64,000 nucleotides of DNA from Candidatus Latescibacterota bacterium. GTDB lineage: Bacteria > Latescibacterota > UBA2968 > UBA8231. The notes under the pieces were generated by a model. The model searched no databases. It was not told the origin of the DNA and saw only the letters and a list, made by a program, of their open reading frames with translations. Each line of letters opens with the position of its first letter. Position 1 is the stretch's first letter. The stretch covers positions 3,552,001-3,616,000 of the forward strand of contig CBDETK010000013.1 in assembly GCA_965242865.1 (NCBI GenBank). The letters run 5' to 3'. Shown here one piece after another: positions 37,518 to 47,598 of this stretch. Made by a program: the position numbers and the translations under genes.

Positions 37518-39662
37518 TCAATCGTTCCTCTCAGAGTTCGTGGTTAGTGGCCGCTGGCCGCTGCTTATTGTCGTAGGTAGATGGAGCGAAAAGTGCGTAC
37601 CTCGACCGGGGACGCTTTCGACCTCAATCCGACCGCCGATTTCCCGTATTTGCCGGTGGGCGATGGCCAACCCCAGTCCGGTGCCCTGCCCCGGCGGTTT
37701 GGTCGAGTAAAACGGCTCAAATATGTGCCGGATATGCGCTTGGGGAATGCCCGTACCGGTATCGTCGATCCCCACCACCACCCAATCATCCCGCTGCTCG
37801 GCCAAAATTAGCAGCTTGCCGCCCTCGGGCATGGCCGCAAAGGCATTGCTGATCAGGTTGAGAAACACATCCTTGAGCATGTCCCGATTCACCCACACTT
37901 GCGGCACCTCGTGCAGCCGGGCCTCAATGGCTATGCCGAGGTGATCGGCGTGTTTTTGTTCGAGGTCGATCAGTTGCCGTAGGATGCCCGCGGGGTCAAC
38001 CCACTCCTGCGTCTGCTGGGCGGGTCGGGCAAAGTCGAGCAGATTGACTACTCGTTCGTCGATCCGGCCGATAGCCGCGCCGAGGGGCCGGAGCGCTTGG
38101 TCCCGCCCCTCCACTTCCGCCGGGACAATCTGCGCCAACAACTCGTAGGCGTGCCGGATGATCGCCAGCGGGTTCTTGATCTCGTGCGCCACGCCCGCGG
38201 CCATCTCGCCGAGGGAGGCCAGCTTCTCGGACTGGACGTAGTGGAGCTCCAGCAGCTTGTGCTGGGTCTGGTCGTCGATCACCAGCAATAGATGCCCCGG
38301 CAAGGCCCCGGCCAAGTCCACGACCTTCAGGTTCCAAAACCGGGTGCCGCCTTGGGGGGACTTGATCTCCAAGTTGTCGATCGGCCGCGCCTTGGGGTTG
38401 CTTTTGATCCAGTCCCAAAGCTGCTGGCCCTCGGCCGTGTGTTCCCAAGAGCCAGCCTCGTCTTCGCCAAAGAGTTGGTGCCAAGCCTTGTTCACCCGCA
38501 CGGTTCGCCACGGCTGGGCCACCACCGCGAGGGCGAGGGGATTGTCCTCAATCAGCCGGTCGTTGAAGTTCAACTCGGCTTCCAGCGCGGCCTTGCGGGT
38601 TTCGAGGGCTTGGTTCATTTCGGTGAACGCCTGCCCCAGCTCCCACAGTTCGTCCTTTATGGCCGGCAGCTCCAGTGCAAACTCCTCGCCGGCCTGCGCG
38701 GCTCGCACCGCCTGCATCAGGCGATTGATGGGCCGAGTGATCGACCGCAGCAACAACAAGCCTAGCAAAATGGCCCCCGCGACCGAGGCGACCGTGATCC
38801 AGTTGGCACGGTGCTGCATCATCGCCACCAGCCCGAACGCCTCGCGTGCCTCCTGCTGTACCACCACGGTCCAGCCCCAGTCCGCAATGTACGCAAAGCC
38901 CGCTACCCACTCGCGTCCGTCTATGTCGCGCCATTGCCGGGTGCCATTGCCGCTTAGACGGGGCACGAATTGCGGATGGGTGGCGTCGAGATACACGTCT
39001 TGGCGCGCGGGAAAGGCGATATAGTGGCCCCGTGCGTCCAACAGCACCCCGCGGCCGGTATCGCCCAGCCGAATTTGGTCCACCTGCTGCCAGATTTCGT
39101 ACAGGGCAAACCGGGTGATCAAGGCACCGACCACTTGGTCGCCCTCTTTGACCGCCAAGCCAATAAACAGGCTCGGTTGCCCTTCGCGCTGGACCACTTC
39201 CGAAGCGTAGAATTTCTCTCGCTTCACCTGCGCCCACAGCACCCGGGCATGGGGCAGGTAATTGGGCGGCAGCCGATCGCCGCGCTGGAGTGGGGCTTGG
39301 ACATCGAGCACATTGGTGGCTTGGATTGTGCCGGCCGTATCCACGAAGCAGAGTTCGGCTACCGCGCCCAATTCCAACCCGACCTGACTCAACAGGCTCT
39401 GCCGACGCCAAGGGTCGCGGACCACATTCATGCTCTGGGCCAGCACCTTGAGGCTGGCGATGGGCTGGTCGAGAAAATGGTGGACCTCCTTGGCCGCCCG
39501 CTGGGCCACCTGCTGATGGGTGTTGAGCACGGCCTGCTCTAGCGCACTGCGCGCCGTGTACACGAGTACGCCGGCCACCAACAGCACGGGCACCAGCCCG
39601 ACGATCAGGTGATTGCCCAGCAGCCGCACCCACAGGCGATGTATGTTGGCGATGAATGTCAT
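37518..39662 (-). CDS. Sensor histidine kinase (Cache-HAMP-PAS-HisKA-HATPase)
   Basis: Two TMs around a periplasmic Cache-like domain; AHEIKNPL; NLISNA; DTGTGI; FEPFYSTK; GTGLGL. Confidence 0.93.
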   Translation of the reverse strand: MTFIANIHRLWVRLLGNHLIVGLVPVLLVAGVLVYTARSALEQAVLNTHQQVAQRAAKEVHHFLDQPIASLKVLAQSMNVVRDPWRRQSLLSQVGLELGAVAELCFVDTAGTIQATNVLDVQAPLQRGDRLPPNYLPHARVLWAQVKREKFYASEVVQREGQPSLFIGLAVKEGDQVVGALITRFALYEIWQQVDQIRLGDTGRGVLLDARGHYIAFPARQDVYLDATHPQFVPRLSGNGTRQWRDIDGREWVAGFAYIADWGWTVVVQQEAREAFGLVAMMQHRANWITVASVAGAILLGLLLLRSITRPINRLMQAVRAAQAGEEFALELPAIKDELWELGQAFTEMNQALETRKAALEAELNFNDRLIEDNPLALAVVAQPWRTVRVNKAWHQLFGEDEAGSWEHTAEGQQLWDWIKSNPKARPIDNLEIKSPQGGTRFWNLKVVDLAGALPGHLLLVIDDQTQHKLLELHYVQSEKLASLGEMAAGVAHEIKNPLAIIRHAYELLAQIVPAEVEGRDQALRPLGAAIGRIDERVVNLLDFARPAQQTQEWVDPAGILRQLIDLEQKHADHLGIAIEARLHEVPQVWVNRDMLKDVFLNLISNAFAAMPEGGKLLILAEQRDDWVVVGIDDTGTGIPQAHIRHIFEPFYSTKPPGQGTGLGLAIAHRQIREIGGRIEVESVPGRGTHFSLHLPTTISSGQRPLTTNSERND

Positions 39663-39670
39663 CCTTTTAT

Positions 39671-39729
39671 GATTTCAAAGGGCAACCACGTCATTGATTC
39701 CAAAGGGCAACCACGAGGGTTGCCCCTAC
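39671..39729 (-). repeat. REP-like element, family A (GTAGGGGCAACCCTCGTGGTTGCCC) with partial 25-bp duplication
   Basis: GTAG + GGGCAACC/GGTTGCCC hairpin overlapping the SBP stop codon; aaagggcaaccacg occurs twice. Confidence 0.7.
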
Positions 39730-41306
39730 GGTGCCCAGTACCATGCGGGCAAACTGCGGAAAATTCCCATTGGCACGACCGATTCCAGGCCCCGCAGCGG
39801 CTGCCGCACCGCGTACATGACCGGCTCTCGACAAATAAAAATGGTGGGATGATCCGTTAGCAGATGGCGATGGATACTCCGGTAGATCGCTATGGACGCG
39901 GCCTCGTCGTAGGCCACCCGACCGGCTTCGATCAGCCGATCCACTTCGGCATTGACATAACCCGACTCATTGCGGGCGTCCTGCGAATGCCATTCAGACG
40001 CGGCTACATCGGGATCGAGGACATTGTATCCTCTCTCCAATACCATGTCGAACCGCGACCTCACGGAAGAGAGCACCTGCAGCGGCGCGGTCTGCATGAG
40101 CAGGTGAATCCCTACTTCTTCCAAGTCTTTCCGCAACTGGGCCGCGATGTCGTGCCGATGCGGCATCTCCTTGGCCATGACCAAGGTCAATTCCAACGCA
40201 TCCCGCTCGCGCAACCCATCCCCGGCCCCATCCACCCAGCCGGCCGCTTGCAGGATGGCCCGGGCGCGCCGCTGGTCTTTGACCGGCGTGGGCACCTGCG
40301 GATCGCCATAGACCGAGCCGGGCGGAAAAGGCCCGGCCACAAAGACCGAGTCCGCCGTTGCTTCCCCGCCGAGTAGGTGCCATATCGCTCGGCGATCAAT
40401 CGCGTAATGGAGCACCGCTCGCACGCGCGGATCGCTCAACACCGATTCCGAGCGACAGTTTAATTTTAAGGCTGCATAGGCCGGACTCGCCCCTTTGAGC
40501 ACCTTGAAGGCCGAGTTGTCGGCGATGCTTTTCAGATCGTCGAGCGCGGCGGACGGGGCCACATCGCTTTCGCCGCGCATAAACGCGGCCCATGCGTAGC
40601 GCGTGTCTGGGTAATCGCCGCGCACCTCCACGGTGTCTAGGTACGGACGCCCCCCGTAATAGCCCTCAAAGGCTACCAACCGCACGTGATCCTCGCCGAC
40701 CCAATTGGCAAAGCGGAACGGCCCCGACCCGATGGGATGCCGATTGAAGGGCAACTCGTCTAGCCCATAGCCGGCCGCCAACTGCGGCTCGACGAGGTGC
40801 TTGGGCAGAATGTGCAACCGCAAGGGCACTAGTGCCGACCCTTGCGGTGGAGCGGCGTAGTGCAGCCGCACAATGTCGTGGCTGAGTGCCTCAATCCGAT
40901 CAAAGCGCAAATCCTCCCCGCGCCGCTGCTCCTTCATCAACTGGAGCGTAAAGACCACGTCCGCAGCCGTCACTGGCCGACCATCGTGGAACTGGGCATC
41001 AGATCGCAGCAAGATGTCCCAAAACTTTTTCCTAGGGCTGAATGGCCAAGCTACGGCCAGGGCCGGGGTAAGCTGACCGGTGGGCTCTTCCGTGAATAGG
41101 CGTTCAAAGAGCAGGTCCAATACCTCCGTGCTCACGGTGTGAGAGGCCGTGAGTGGATTGATCGGCTCCATGCCCCCGGTTGCCCCAATTCGCACCCGGC
41201 CCCCATAGAAAGGCCCATCGCGGTCAGGCGCGCTGCACCCGAGGACGAGCAAAAACGCCCATATCGCGGTTGTGCCTGTGCTTGGGGGCCGGGCTGGCCG
41301 GACCAT
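39726..41306 (-). CDS. Orphan family-5 (oligopeptide) ABC substrate-binding lipoprotein
   Basis: Lipobox VLGC; FHDGRPVTAADVVFT; PIGSGPF; no permease or ATPase genes adjacent. Confidence 0.9.
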   Translation of the reverse strand: MVRPARPPSTGTTAIWAFLLVLGCSAPDRDGPFYGGRVRIGATGGMEPINPLTASHTVSTEVLDLLFERLFTEEPTGQLTPALAVAWPFSPRKKFWDILLRSDAQFHDGRPVTAADVVFTLQLMKEQRRGEDLRFDRIEALSHDIVRLHYAAPPQGSALVPLRLHILPKHLVEPQLAAGYGLDELPFNRHPIGSGPFRFANWVGEDHVRLVAFEGYYGGRPYLDTVEVRGDYPDTRYAWAAFMRGESDVAPSAALDDLKSIADNSAFKVLKGASPAYAALKLNCRSESVLSDPRVRAVLHYAIDRRAIWHLLGGEATADSVFVAGPFPPGSVYGDPQVPTPVKDQRRARAILQAAGWVDGAGDGLRERDALELTLVMAKEMPHRHDIAAQLRKDLEEVGIHLLMQTAPLQVLSSVRSRFDMVLERGYNVLDPDVAASEWHSQDARNESGYVNAEVDRLIEAGRVAYDEAASIAIYRSIHRHLLTDHPTIFICREPVMYAVRQPLRGLESVVPMGIFRSLPAWYWAP

Positions 41307-41425
41307 TATGCCTCATTTCTGTGACGAGATATACTGAATACCGTCAGATAATAAGGCGCGTCGCTTTAGGACAAAAGCACCGTCTATAAGGCATGGCCCT
41401 TGCTACACGACACTACCCGGCCTTT

Positions 41426-43345
41426 TTAAGCATCTTCGGCCACCGGCCGGCTCTCCGCGGCAAAATGGTTGACAACGACATCAACCATTCGCTGCTGCCC
41501 CTCCACGGCAACAATCGCCACGGCCGGCAAGCCGAACGAAGCCTCCAAGCGCTCCAAGTGCGCCTTTATCTCATCCTCGCTCATTTGGCGAGAAGAAACC
41601 CAAGTTTTGCCATAGACCGAGCGAGCGTGTTTCTCCTTGTCGCTCATCGCCAGTAATATAACCGGGGCTTTGCCCAATATGCGGATGCCATCAAGGGTGT
41701 CTTGGATATACGCATCCGAATCCGTGCTGTTGACCACCAGAATGCAGGCGTCCGGTTTGGTCCCCAACAAGAAGTGGATCGACGGCTCGGTATGGGAGTT
41801 GTGGTTGGCGACATCGTAGGGTATGGTGCCCGACTGGCAGCCGACCATCATGATATCCGGTTTTTTCGCCGCGTTAATCTCGCGCATCTTGTGGTCTAGG
41901 TACGGGCCGTAGTATTGCAACGGCAGGTCTCTGGGCACGGCGTAGCCCATGGGAAAGGAAAAATCCATCCCGAACAGGGCCGAATGATGCTCCGTACCAA
42001 GCTGACCAACCTTGTATCCTTGCTCAATCAGCTTCTGCCGCAATGCGAGTTGCAAGGTGAACTTGCCCTGTTGAGAGCTCGTGCCAAACACCCCGACCAC
42101 CGGCACATCCACGGCGCGCTCGGAACCTTGGGCCGCAAGGCACCGTTGGACATCGGCAAAATCGAAATCCGGGAACTCCAAGTGCAACCCCTTGCTCCGC
42201 GCCAAGTCGTACAGGTCGGCGTAGGTCTCTAAATCAACCGCTAAGAAGCTGAACACGTTGAGCCCCCGTTCCAACGCCGTTTGTATCGCCTCGCGCAGCA
42301 AGTCCTTTTTGCCCAACCGGGATAGCTGATCTACGTACCCCAACACGAGGGTATCGGCCCCTTCGAGAGCGTCCCCGAGTTTGGGGACAATGCGCACACC
42401 TAACGGTTCGACGCCAATGGCCGCGCCAGCGTCCTTGCCCACCAAGCCTTTGCCGACCGGGTCGGCAATGCCAGCGATGGTGAAACGCAAATGCTTCGCG
42501 TGGCGCACCAGCGCATGCATTTCCTTGTTGTACGGATACAGGGCCGCCCGGCCAATCCACTCGTAGCTGGGAAAACCCGGCCGCTCGACCGTGACCGGCC
42601 CAGGATCCTCCGACTCTAAGGCGTTTGCCGCCAAAATCTCCCGCACTGGAGTCAGCCCTGCTTTGGGAAAGTGCTGGCGGATCAGGGCGACAATCGCCGA
42701 TACGTGGGGCGCGGCAAAACTGGTTCCGCCGGTGATCGTCTCCCCTCCGTTTAGCCAGCACAGACGCTGCGGATCGCCCCGGGCCACGCACTCAATGGCC
42801 TGCCCGGGTCGGTAGTAGTACCCGTAGCGGTCGTAGATTTTTCCCCAAGTGACGCCTATTACGTCGGCCAACTCGGCTGGGTAGCTCTCCAAGCCCTCGT
42901 TGTGCTGGGAACCGACCAAGATCAGATTGGCTGCAACGGCCTTGCGGCAGATCTCGGCCAAGGGCCTCTTAGACGCGGGGTCAATCGTCCCCAAGCTGAG
43001 ATTGACCACGTCCATGCCTTCTTCTATGGCCCAAGCGATGGCCGCGACCAGCGACTGTCCATCCGTAGTCAGCGACTCGTCGAAAATGCGGATCCCGTAG
43101 AGTTCGGCTTCCGGGGCTAGTTTGCGGATAATGCCGGCGCAGGCCGTACCGTGACCGGCCTGGTCGGAAAAGTCTCCCTCGCGTTGGATACCGCCGTCGG
43201 CAAGCGCACACAACCCAACTCCGCCGGCAATAGTGCCGATCTTGGGGTGATTGGGTTCAATACCGCTATCGACTACCGCGACCTTGACTCCGCGTCCGGT
43301 CAATCGGGTAAAGTCGAGCGTCTGCAACTGCTCATTGGTTCTCAT
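41426..43345 (-). CDS. S8 subtilase fused to DUF1611-like (Rossmann + P-loop) domain
   Basis: Catalytic triad motifs VVDSG, HGT, GTSFAAP; no signal peptide; C-terminal GVFGTSSQQGKFT. Confidence 0.85.
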   Translation of the reverse strand: MRTNEQLQTLDFTRLTGRGVKVAVVDSGIEPNHPKIGTIAGGVGLCALADGGIQREGDFSDQAGHGTACAGIIRKLAPEAELYGIRIFDESLTTDGQSLVAAIAWAIEEGMDVVNLSLGTIDPASKRPLAEICRKAVAANLILVGSQHNEGLESYPAELADVIGVTWGKIYDRYGYYYRPGQAIECVARGDPQRLCWLNGGETITGGTSFAAPHVSAIVALIRQHFPKAGLTPVREILAANALESEDPGPVTVERPGFPSYEWIGRAALYPYNKEMHALVRHAKHLRFTIAGIADPVGKGLVGKDAGAAIGVEPLGVRIVPKLGDALEGADTLVLGYVDQLSRLGKKDLLREAIQTALERGLNVFSFLAVDLETYADLYDLARSKGLHLEFPDFDFADVQRCLAAQGSERAVDVPVVGVFGTSSQQGKFTLQLALRQKLIEQGYKVGQLGTEHHSALFGMDFSFPMGYAVPRDLPLQYYGPYLDHKMREINAAKKPDIMMVGCQSGTIPYDVANHNSHTEPSIHFLLGTKPDACILVVNSTDSDAYIQDTLDGIRILGKAPVILLAMSDKEKHARSVYGKTWVSSRQMSEDEIKAHLERLEASFGLPAVAIVAVEGQQRMVDVVVNHFAAESRPVAEDA

Positions 43346-43360
43346 CTGGGTCGTCCTTTT

Positions 43361-45091
43361 TTAAGTATCCGCAAGCTGAGTTTTGAACAACTCCCAGTAG
43401 TGGCCTTTTTTCTCGATCAATTCGGCATGGGTGCCTTTCTCGACAATTTTTCCCTCGTCCATGCAGACGATCTCATCAACTTCTCGGATGGCACTGAGCC
43501 GGTGGCTAACGATGATGACCGTCTTGTCGTCGGCTTGGCCCTTGAGCCGGCGCAACAGCTTCTCCTCGCTCTCCGAGTCAAGGGCTGAGGTCGCCTCGTC
43601 CAGCACTACAATCTCAGGGTTTTTCAGCATCGCCCTCGCTAGTGCTATCCGCTGTTTCTGCCCACCCGACAGGTTGGCTTTAGAGTCGCATACCGTCGCC
43701 AAGGAGTCTTCGGGCGCGTGGATATCCGCGCCTTTGATCTCAAGTTCCGCCGCCGTGCGTTCAACCTCTTCTTTAGAACTATCCAACCGACCATAGCGTA
43801 TGTTTTCGAGCACCGAATCGCGAAAGAGCGGTGCTTCTTGCGACACCAAGCCGATGCGGTCCCGGTACTTGCCCAGACCAAAGGCCCTGCACGGCGCGTC
43901 GTCTATGGCGATCTCGCCTTTTTGCGGTTGGTAAAAACGACACAACAGATCGACGACCGTGCTTTTGCCGCAACCGCTCGCGCCGACGAGCGCGTACGTC
44001 TTGCCCTTTTCAATCTCTAAGTCAAAATGGCTGAGTACGGGGTGACCGTTGTAGGCAAACTCCACATCTTTGAACGCTATCTTCTCTTTGAACGAGAAGG
44101 GTTTGGCCTGCTTTGGCTCTACGTCAACCTCGGCTGGTACATCCATGAATTCCACAATCCGCCGCAGGGAAACCGACGCCCGTACGCAGTCTATGTACAG
44201 TTGGTTCAGGCTCTCTAAGGGGGCGAAGATGCGCATGAAGTACTGGAAAAAGGCGATGAGTGCCCCCAAACCGATCTCGCCCTGCATGACTTGATGCCCT
44301 CCCCAACCGAGGATGACGACAGGGGCCAAGGACATGATAAAGGACGCGATGGAACCAGCGGAAAGATTCAACGCGGTGCTGTGCATCTCCAGCTCGAACA
44401 ACTTCCCTTGTCGGCTGCCCAATTTGTCGCTCTCGTGCCTGTACGTGTTGTACGACTGGACGAGTTTGATGTTGTCGAATCGCTCAATAAAAAAACCTAG
44501 TATATCCGAAGTCGTGCGCTGGGTTGTCTCGGCCACCTTGCCTATTTTCGGCTGGAAGTACTTGAGATTCACGATGAAGCAGGGCACGAGCAGGCTCAGG
44601 CCGAGGAAGAGGGGAGCGTCCAGCCATATCAGCACCGCCCCCAAGCTGACCAGCGTCAGCACGCTGTTGACGAGCCTCAGTACGCTGGAGGTGAGCGTTT
44701 TCTGGACGACCTGCACATCGTTGTTGAGCCGATGGGCAATATCCCCGGTCTTGTTGCGTTTGAAGAAATTGAGCGGCAGGCGCAACAGGTGGCTGAACAA
44801 CTCGCTCCGCATCTCGAACACGACGCGATTGCCGACCCAGAGGTAGAGATAATTGGCGATGAAAGCACTGATGATGTTCAGGGCCATCATACCGAATAGG
44901 GTAGCCAGCAGGATGCCCAGCAGATAGTAATCTTCGTCGGGCAGCACTTCGTCAATGAGGATCATCAGGATATAGGGGAAGGCGAGTGAACTGGCTATCG
45001 CTAAAACCATGAAGACGAATACGATTGAACTTTGCCACCAGTACGGTTTGATGTACCGGGCGAAGCGCATTGCAAATTCTTTGAATACCAT
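43361..45091 (-). CDS. ABC exporter (TMD + NBD, no C39 domain)
   Basis: GASGCGKST, LSGGQKQR, LDEATSALD, SHRL. Confidence 0.95.
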   Translation of the reverse strand: MVFKEFAMRFARYIKPYWWQSSIVFVFMVLAIASSLAFPYILMILIDEVLPDEDYYLLGILLATLFGMMALNIISAFIANYLYLWVGNRVVFEMRSELFSHLLRLPLNFFKRNKTGDIAHRLNNDVQVVQKTLTSSVLRLVNSVLTLVSLGAVLIWLDAPLFLGLSLLVPCFIVNLKYFQPKIGKVAETTQRTTSDILGFFIERFDNIKLVQSYNTYRHESDKLGSRQGKLFELEMHSTALNLSAGSIASFIMSLAPVVILGWGGHQVMQGEIGLGALIAFFQYFMRIFAPLESLNQLYIDCVRASVSLRRIVEFMDVPAEVDVEPKQAKPFSFKEKIAFKDVEFAYNGHPVLSHFDLEIEKGKTYALVGASGCGKSTVVDLLCRFYQPQKGEIAIDDAPCRAFGLGKYRDRIGLVSQEAPLFRDSVLENIRYGRLDSSKEEVERTAAELEIKGADIHAPEDSLATVCDSKANLSGGQKQRIALARAMLKNPEIVVLDEATSALDSESEEKLLRRLKGQADDKTVIIVSHRLSAIREVDEIVCMDEGKIVEKGTHAELIEKKGHYWELFKTQLADT

Positions 45092-45118
45092 TTTGCCCTC
45101 CCTTGCGCTAGGGGCCGA

Positions 45119-45463
45119 TCAGTAGAGTAGGTGCTTGACCGAACTCAAATCGGCCTTGTTGGTGATGACATCGTAGTACTTCACGCCTTTGAAGTTGAAA
45201 GCGAGCGGCTCGACCAAGTCGAACCAAGGCTTCAACTCGTTGTAGAAGATGACCGAAAGATGCGGCTTCTCCTGCACGGGAATATGGACGTTGACGACCG
45301 TGTTGTTCTCATCAATTACAAACACGGCTGGGGTCGGTTCGCCAAAGGGCGTCTCGTTGAAGTATCCGGTCGTGTCCGACGCCACCGGAAACGCAATCTG
45401 AAAAGTCCGCACATAGTCCGAGAACTTCCGCTTGCTCATCCTCGCGATGCAGTAGATGGGCAT
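45119..45463 (-). CDS. C-terminal half of an AhpC/TSA thioredoxin-like fold (possibly truncated)
   Basis: FPVASD...TPAVFVIDEN; no CxxC; no clear RBS. Confidence 0.5.
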   Translation of the reverse strand: MPIYCIARMSKRKFSDYVRTFQIAFPVASDTTGYFNETPFGEPTPAVFVIDENNTVVNVHIPVQEKPHLSVIFYNELKPWFDLVEPLAFNFKGVKYYDVITNKADLSSVKHLLY

Positions 45464-45568
45464 CGGCTGATGACGGCAACCTGCGCGACGCGTACGATGC
45501 TGTGGGGTGCTGTCGATGGGAACGGTGGACGATGCGGGAAACTAATCTGCGAGTTGCGGAACCGCCGT

Positions 45569-46216
45569 TTACGAAGTGAAGTACCGATCCAGCCAGTCTC
45601 GGATACCCTGCTCCGTCGCCTCTTCGTCGTCTTGGTCGCTATAGTGCCAGTTGAGCACCTCAAAGGCGTCATCTACTACAAACCAGACCGGCACGGACGA
45701 CCGGGCGTCCGACTGGAACAGCAGGGCTTCGAGTTGCTGCTCGGCCACGAAGGTGAAGGCGAAGGGCACGATACCCACCTTGTTCTTGATGGCGATCTGC
45801 TGCTTGATGTGTTCGTTGGCGTCGCCTACGACCAACAGCAATTTGCCGTGAGAGACGCCCTGCTGCGCCATGGCCTGCTTCCACTGGTCGAGTTGGGCAA
45901 ACAGGCAGGCTCCACAGGTCCGGCTCGTCGATACAACTACGACAAAAGGCTGGCCGTCCTCGGCGGCCGACTCGTCGAACTGGGCGAAGCGGCCCAAGTC
46001 CACCGATTCGAGCAGCTTGCGGTGTAGTTTGTTCTTGAGGGCGGCGTTGACCTCGTAGTTCCACTGGACGGTTTCCAAGTGTTTTAGCCGCTCGTTGAGG
46101 GTCTCCAACTCGTCGAGTCTGTCGGTATTGTCTCGGTGCAGGGCCAAGGCGACTGAGCCGAGGCCGAGAGACAACAGTAGCAGGGCTTTGGTTAGCTGAG
46201 TGGCATTCATGGTCAT
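45569..46216 (-). CDS. Membrane-anchored thioredoxin-like (CxxC) protein
   Basis: N-terminal hydrophobic anchor, TCGAC, VPVWFVVD; AAGGAG RBS. Confidence 0.7.
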   Translation of the reverse strand: MTMNATQLTKALLLLSLGLGSVALALHRDNTDRLDELETLNERLKHLETVQWNYEVNAALKNKLHRKLLESVDLGRFAQFDESAAEDGQPFVVVVSTSRTCGACLFAQLDQWKQAMAQQGVSHGKLLLVVGDANEHIKQQIAIKNKVGIVPFAFTFVAEQQLEALLFQSDARSSVPVWFVVDDAFEVLNWHYSDQDDEEATEQGIRDWLDRYFTS

Positions 46217-46228
46217 GGTCTCCTTATT

Positions 46229-47404
46229 CTACTGGCCGCCCCGCGAGCGGCTGAACGCACTCTTGCCAGCTCCCGTGCGATCGTTGATTCGATAGATGGC
46301 TACGTATGGATCGCTCGTCTCGCCGGTCGCTTCGTCGAGGGCATCCTCAACCACAAAATACAGTTCCATACCGTCAACCGTCAGCAGTCTATGGCTGGCG
46401 GGTAATCTGATGCCGTCGGCAACCGAATGGCCGTCCTTGTAAAAGAGATTTAGATAGTATTCCGGCTTACCGTTAACCACACGCCGGTATTGTGTAAGCA
46501 CCAGCAGGTCGGGACCGAATTCATAGAGTCGGGAACGGACAATGTGCTCGGCAAACCATTCGTTGTGCCGAGCGGTCCAATTGACCGGATCCAAGTCGGC
46601 GGGAAAAGGCTTGATCCGGTCCCGGTGCTTAGACTGGTACTCGCTAAACCAAGTCCGTTCCAACTGGCCCTGCTCGCTGTATTGGTGGATCTCGTAGGTC
46701 GTCGGGTAGATGAAGTAGAAGCCGCCTCCCCGCTTGGGAGTGAGCACGGTGTTATGATAGCGATTCAACGCCCGTCCGGTTCGTTTGTCTTCGACCGGAT
46801 ACAGGCCGGCAACTTTATTGAGGTTGTCGTCGAAGCGGAACAGCGCGTATTGGCCTTCCGCTCGCACCCCGGCCGAGCCGGCGTCAATGACGTCCACTTG
46901 TGCGCCATAAATATGGCCACCCGTGGTGAGCACAATATGGTCAATGAACTCAGGGTTGGGATCTGGCACCTGCCGCTTGAATTTATATGAATCGCCAGAG
47001 AAGAAGAGATATTTCCTACTTTCTCCCAAGCTGTAGAAATAGAAGTCTCCGTTAGGGGCCAACCGTGGTCTTAATGGATTGAAGTATTCGTCCTCGGCTC
47101 CTCCACGCACTCCAATTTGCCGCAGGTAATGGCCCTCGGCATCGGTCTGAAAAATCATATTCTGGATACCATCTAAAACAATGAGGTTGCCCTTAGCATC
47201 AACGAAGACGTAGCTAATCTGGCCCACAATGACATGCTCAGGCATTTGCAAATGGATGTCCCGATCCTTGACGAATGCCTCGTCAAACGTAAGGTCGGCT
47301 GCCGGTGGGGTGATTTCTATCCGGCCAGCAGGCTGGTCATCACCGCATCCGACCAGAGGCACCATAGTACCGACGATTGCGATGAACTGTATCCGATTTT
47401 TCAT
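46229..47404 (-). CDS. 6-bladed beta-propeller lipoprotein
   Basis: Lipobox LVGC; IGVRGGAEDEYFNP NHL-like blade; YEIHQYS. Confidence 0.75.
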   Translation of the reverse strand: MKNRIQFIAIVGTMVPLVGCGDDQPAGRIEITPPAADLTFDEAFVKDRDIHLQMPEHVIVGQISYVFVDAKGNLIVLDGIQNMIFQTDAEGHYLRQIGVRGGAEDEYFNPLRPRLAPNGDFYFYSLGESRKYLFFSGDSYKFKRQVPDPNPEFIDHIVLTTGGHIYGAQVDVIDAGSAGVRAEGQYALFRFDDNLNKVAGLYPVEDKRTGRALNRYHNTVLTPKRGGGFYFIYPTTYEIHQYSEQGQLERTWFSEYQSKHRDRIKPFPADLDPVNWTARHNEWFAEHIVRSRLYEFGPDLLVLTQYRRVVNGKPEYYLNLFYKDGHSVADGIRLPASHRLLTVDGMELYFVVEDALDEATGETSDPYVAIYRINDRTGAGKSAFSRSRGGQ

Positions 47405-47476
47405 AACATTTTCCTTGTGGATGGTTGGTGTTGAGCCACTATGTATTCATAAGGCTCAGTACCCGAAGATTCAGAG

Positions 47477-47512
47477 GAGTGGACCGGGGATCACTTTGAC
47501 CCCGGTCCACTC
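47477..47512 (-). other. Strong stem-loop downstream of peptide ORFs, module 1 (no U-tract)
   Basis: gagtggaccgggg-atcactttga-ccccggtccactc; near-identical copy at 52215-52250. Confidence 0.75.
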
Positions 47513-47598
47513 GCTCGTCAACGGCTCGGTGGTTGTTTAGCTACCCCTCCAGTGGCGATTCTATCGAATCAAGCAGGGCGGAAGGGCCTGCTGACTGA

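Noticed and set aside
41389-41405. Plus-strand sigma-54-like motif AGGCATGGCCCTTGCTA
   Set aside because: Imperfect -24 element, points antisense into the S8 gene and has no downstream ORF with an RBS
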